From an uncultured virus (IMG/VR IMGVR_UViG_3300032116_000129) (Duplodnaviria; Heunggongvirae; Uroviricota; Caudoviricetes): a stretch of 20,000 nucleotides of DNA. The stretch is from IMG/VR virus record IMGVR_UViG_3300032116_000129; one strand, given 5' to 3'. Made by a program: the position numbers and the translations under genes. The number at the start of each line of letters is the position of its first letter. Position 1 is the stretch's first letter. Below, piece by piece: positions 18,401-20,000 of this stretch. The notes below the pieces were generated by a model, which saw only the letters and a list, made by a program, of their open reading frames with translations, made no database searches and was not told the DNA's origin.

Positions 18401-20000
18401 CTGCTCCCGCAGCATCTAACGTAGCATTACTACCGCTTAATTTATCTCCTATAATTGTCCATCCAGCAATTTTACCTCCATCAAATAACACCTGCGATCC
18501 TGTAATCGTACCGTCTTGTTTAACGTTAAATTTACTTGAAGATATAAAAAACGAAGTTCCGGGCACCGCCCCTACAGAGCTTGATATAAAGAAAGTCGAT
18601 CCTGCTGAAAATGCATCATTTGATAATGTAAACGATCCTATTTTACCACCGTTAAAAAATACATTACTACCAGATACTGTACCGTCTTGTCTTACATTAA
18701 AACGAGATGACGATATAAAGAATGATCCTGAAGGATTAGAACTATTATATGAGCTTGATATAAAGAAATTGTTGCTATTAGAAAATGCATCGTTTGTTAA
18801 GGTAAACGATCCAATTCTACCACCAGTAAATAAAACATTGCTACCAGTAATATCACCGTTGCCTTTAACATTAAATCTAGAAGCTGATATAAAAAATCCT
18901 GTTGATGTAGCCGATCCGGAAATAAAGAAATTATTTCCAGACAATGAATGTGATGTAATAATAAATCCTCCAATATTACCGGCTGTTGCAGTTATTGTAC
19001 CTGCCATTATTACATCGCCAGAAGATGATAAAAAGAAATTACTAGATGAAATTTGTATTAATCCATCGGCCCCGACTATATATTGACGACTACTTCCTAA
19101 AAAGAATTTATTTGTGCGAATATCTAACAAACCACTTCCAGAAGTTGTATATCGTAAATACGATTCTGAATGAGCAGTTAATTCTAATCCAATACCGCGG
19201 TAATTTTCAGTTTGATTACTATTAAGCATAGTTGCAACTGATCCGGAATACATAATAAATCCTGGTTGGCCATTCGCTCCATTCGCTACTACATTTTGAA
19301 ATCCTTCATACCCAACAGAACGAATAAATGCTCCGTCATTTGATCCTTCAATTGATACTCCTGTGCCAGTTTGACCTGCTACGTATATAGAACCAGTAAT
19401 TAAATTATCATCTCCTCCAATATATACATTACCACCCGGCATTCCTACGTCTTTGACATATAATACCTGTTTACTTACAGCATCTGCAAAATTTAAAAAT
19501 TGAAATTTTAAATCAAATTTATCGTTACGATGCACAGTTGGTAACGGAACTATTATAGAAGCTGACTCAGGCGTATATCCAAACTCAGATGCTTGATCTG
19601 TAATATCTGTTTCACTGGCTAAAACATATTCGCCAACGCCAACACTTTTATAAAAAGTTCGTATTTTAGTAATATTACCTACTTGAGGAGTTAATCCAGA
19701 AAACGATGCTGATATAATAGTATACGTGTTTTCAGAGCTAGCAGTTGAAGCGGTTTGTTCGAAATATAAACTACCTGTTGTACCAGTACCGTTTATAAAC
19801 GTATGAACTTGAGTAGACCCTTGTATACTAGATTCAAACGGAAAATCAATAGTAAAAATTGTTGTTGACCCAGTACTAATATAATCAATAACAGATCCTG
19901 ACAAAGTTTGTGTTATTAACGTTAAATTATTATCAGGATTAGGTCTTCCTGTAAACTTAGAACGTGATACTTCAAATACACCGGCGCCGTTAATATAAAT
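9471..20000 (-). CDS. Giant repeat-rich tail fibre/adhesin-like structural protein with LamG-like domains (5' partial, at least 3509 aa)
   Basis: The frame stays open upstream of the track's TTG at 19904 (IYINGAGVFEVSRSKFTGRPNPDNNLTLITQTL). G/S/T/N-rich, with many GGxIGGFxI and FFISSSxFNVKxxG repeats. Confidence 0.85.
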   Translation of the reverse strand: MYINGAGVFEVSRSKFTGRPNPDNNLTLITQTLSGSVIDYISTGSTTIFTIDFPFESSIQGSTQVHTFINGTGTTGSLYFEQTASTASSENTYTIISASFSGLTPQVGNITKIRTFYKSVGVGEYVLASETDITDQASEFGYTPESASIIVPLPTVHRNDKFDLKFQFLNFADAVSKQVLYVKDVGMPGGNVYIGGDDNLITGSIYVAGQTGTGVSIEGSNDGAFIRSVGYEGFQNVVANGANGQPGFIMYSGSVATMLNSNQTENYRGIGLELTAHSESYLRYTTSGSGLLDIRTNKFFLGSSRQYIVGADGLIQISSSNFFLSSSGDVIMAGTITATAGNIGGFIITSHSLSGNNFFISGSATSTGFFISASRFNVKGNGDITGSNVLFTGGRIGSFTLTNDAFSNSNNFFISSSYNSSNPSGSFFISSSRFNVRQDGTVSGSNVFFNGGKIGSFTLSNDAFSAGSTFFISSSVGAVPGTSFFISSSKFNVKQDGTITGSQVLFDGGKIAGWTIIGDKLSGSNATLDAAGAALYMSNKGPGSDTTAPFDILADEYYIDFTPNEGQSRTNKYYVKFGPNFSVSSSGVLFASGAVFQGTVTASAGLIGGWNIESTYLRSSDDKLRLAGGGLNGYYISSSRFKVTSDGDITGSQVLFTGGKIGGLTLASDKIYIGTGTYGNSNTSFLVNNSGQFSLKDSFQWNGTDLLISGSTTRILTPTFFLGGANQFVSGSNGNIEISSSNFHLDRNGNVRMSGTITATAGTIGGFAITSTAISSSNNSLILRGDSGQITGSNVLFNGGKVGGFTIDSTKITGTNIIIDSAGSLQTADYASNQTGWKISAVDNGFAEFENVRIRGTLKTAVFEKETVNAVGGQLYVANSSTITGSEATTSIPQLVYLKFGGYSGSNAIQNIAGSGNTYVTIASLVTASIANLPTSTQTFKPIGGTGLLIASGSHTVGATAAVPAQLSGITTAESASLTVMAWVRPNFSSYTSSTPTGSILEKSSSIVASSLRGPFYIGFVVQSSTTASLRISTGNESDFSSFDRSNVLRNNTWTHIALTVAPDGANYTRTVYVDGIQSGLTSNATSASVNLFSKVNTSPINIGVGRSYSERFPGYIADVRLYTGSLSAAEIQTIYSGSYFTGSIEAGTPAIQIDNVTGFINGEILSAKKVDNSGFATEYFQVRDTMRLNPSSDTDFSGILYVTRSYGNGVSGDSGSLGDMPNQAQSYSPSQVIVSTGKIGTGFIRINANPNDQTTPYIDIVERTGSGIYDVKLKARLGDLSGLANSSYVFGNSNPGFGLATDNVFLQGGIIANTGSIGGINMQSSKLFTGTGTFNNSNTGFYLDSNGQLSLKDKLSWNGTTLSISGTINANDGNIGGFAITDSAITGSGFYLSGSATNNGTSFFLSSSRFNIKGNGDVTGSQVLFTGGKVGGFNITSTQIADVGGATLLLKDSGQITGSNVLFTGGKIAGFTISNNTLSNASNFFISGSATGNDFFISSSKFNVKANGDVTASSALFSGSVNVVGTVTATAGAIGGFAITSDAITGSGFYLSGSATSTGFFISSSKFNIKGNGDVTGSNVLFTGGKIGSFTLTNDAFTAGSTFFISSSVSGTPGSAFFISSSRFNVKQDGTITGSNVLFNGGTIGGFTLTSTQISSSTLVMGNLTGINDTNFGPAGTITGNGLYTTNGYFSGKIEVGSIPHAPAAEKLLAYYPLDSLNFIDASGNCPGTSSYAIAPTIVSGSGTIAGFAARDGGGSNIRPVTSSAIKDALTSAQFTMCFWYTPTTPLGDYRDILAFAVTSSTAFGNVSGSNNFRIENSSDFTALRAHPTLQFVWNAQGSTGTVFPSVASDAGYFITGSNYHIGFVSDFAANSLKLYVNGVRIKTATFTAAGVPVTGFIAAPDLTLRVFRENTNQTILSEFRIYTGSLTDAEIESIYLGNAQLGGGKTVIDGDSIKTGRLMSSNWAVGSTVGSMFDLNNGTFELGGDVNPSFLWDGSNLRVSGSSAQILTPNFFLGGTNQYISGSSGNIRISSSNFHLDTAGNVTMAGTVTATAGNIGGFNISSNALSSANFFISGAATSNQFFISASNFNVKANGNVTGSSVLFTGGKIAGWTVDSDKLSSGNVTLNATNQQILLGDTTYDAAEIAFTGSGIGKFGSININGVAGALNGGSAFLDTFNGTELDSTLWYNNSNNAGEKARIVSGALRLENNDAQWDYAIVGKKAFQRANSPVFEFHTKVLEIGGVTNQSPRMMLGVTEDAGTTNYAGNVHAFYFTNGNLLIWEGNTQRTVLDTTVTVGDTYKLIMKPLASSGTQYEVYKNENYTTPFATGSTGTNNTASLYPAIWTLPTSSTMEFYSVAAYDSTTPGAFDLKGGGSFGLIDNSGSHLTFTRGGFSLSSPNVDITGRSIRIGDAFKFDGSNLTVSGSSARILTPSFFLGGTNQYISGSGGLIRISSSNFHLDTAGNVTMAGTVTATAGAIGGINIQSNKLFTGTGTFNNSNTGFYVDNTGQLSLKDKLSWDGTTLSITGDITVTNTEDFASLRDKSTYVTALISSGSGATVFNTNTNVIFTRHGFPSALTSTVTGSDTISDISSSYDLYVFDYGFLGANTKAKLILDLFDAGYSVFSTGNDTTTSNTTGSAGSEWPIIAASAKSTNGNFTSSSLATGIGGISPNDPIGFGWTSFYTASEGDSGNLPTRLKTNMNGASTCVPLAISGSTQPDAVPESNTTAAYVAFYATNPRGGRWVHTNARELNRGLNPSASIKLLDLLYRRDSAQEAYHDGFTKITGNMIQTGKIQSTNWTTGGSVGSEFNLNNGTFKLGGDVNPEFSWDGTNLRVSGSSTELLTPSFLLGGANQYISGSGGNIRISSSNFHLDTAGNVTMAGTVTATAGNIGGFNISSNALSSTNFFISGAASGDNFFISASNFNVKANGNVTGSSVLFTGGTVGGFTLSSTQINDASNNLVLKSSGQITGSNVLFNGGTIGGFTIGASSLTATNFAVNTTAGEIELGGATSFTNGDGIYMSKDTTNNFRVGDQGGARMQFTGDNLEIYNSGNTRLVSIGSLNTIAGFTISGDTLSNSTNFFISGSATGNQFFISASNFNVKANGNVTGSQVLFTGGRIGSFALTNDALTAGSTFFISSSVGGTPASAFFISSSRFNVRQDGTVSGSNVFFNGGRIGSFTLSNDAFTAGSTFFISSSVGGTPASAFFISSSRFNVKQDGTITGSNVLFNGGTVGGFALTSTQINDTGNNLILKSNGQITGSDVLFDGGKIGGFALDASRIYSTTNVTQSIAALDLKSNGTISGSSLLIRTKIGNNPLYTNINTDEGYADFFNLGRQVAATISTEYSLISTSDDTGWIDKGTFVFHLLPYETHLLISFNHYVSGSATSTNNKGQVRFQMYAADSGSLQNSDARYDNWIAGGTSSTKELSLLGTNARSIWWTMDQDSHITFPSSSWGIGNGGGKTVKLVLQMQNTTNLATTPTISNFVKYVTITATRRMTAENGSIEFQR
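10310..10652 (-). repeat. Tandem 57-aa (171-nt) repeat, two copies
   Basis: GGRIGSFxLxNDAxTAGSTFFISSSVGGTPASAFFISSSRFNVxQDGT occurs twice. The anchor ggggtacc lies at 10393 and 10564. Boundaries approximate. Confidence 0.85.
14185..14885 (-). other. LamG/concanavalin A-like domain 2 within the giant protein
   Basis: LLAYYPLD...FTMCFWY...YHIGFV...LYVNG...LSEFRIYTGSLTDAEIESIY. Boundaries approximate. Confidence 0.75.
16580..17325 (-). other. LamG/concanavalin A-like domain 1 within the giant protein
   Basis: LTVMAWVRP...WTHIALT...VYVDG...FPGYIADVRLYTGSLSAAEIQTIY. Boundaries approximate. Confidence 0.8.

Noticed and set aside
10200..19000. CRISPR array or DGR template/variable repeat pair
   Set aside because: The repeats are in-frame coding repeats with mostly synonymous differences. 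There are no spacers, no adenine-specific pattern that I could see, and no RT or cas gene in the window.
18346..19086. 246-aa plus-strand ORF and the other plus-strand ORFs in the track
   Set aside because: Antisense shadows of minus-strand genes. They mirror the repeats and carry no independent motifs.
19902..19904. TTG as the start of the giant gene
   Set aside because: The frame is open to position 20000, so the true start probably lies outside the window.
1..20000. Stop-codon recoding as seen in some large phages
   Set aside because: Long genes are intact under code 11 (stops are TAA, plus one TGA). The single break is a frame change, not an in-frame stop.

Overview
AT-rich segment of a large (probably jumbo) T4-like tailed phage genome, with every credible gene on the minus strand. 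In transcription order (right to left): a giant repeat-rich tail-fibre/adhesin-like gene (at least 3509 aa, open to the window edge), a 645-aa HIGH-type nucleotidyltransferase fused to a KxDG ligase-like domain, a Zn-ribbon protein, a cluster of small proteins with (L/I/V)-x-E leader motifs like prohead-protease sites (including a ParB/Srx-like and a Cys-rich HiPIP-like protein), terminase large subunit, T4 gp20-like portal, and a truncated gene. The best lead is a start-less 88-codon frame (5565-5831) missing from the ORF track. It is joined to the upstream gene by a -1 shift at an in-frame A_AAA_AAG slippery site within an A9 run. A second in-frame A_AAA_AAG lies at the previous gene junction, suggesting a frameshift-extended, protease-processed set of capsid cargo proteins. 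An ATATTTAT motif precedes three genes. No database searches were run, so all family calls come from motif recognition.
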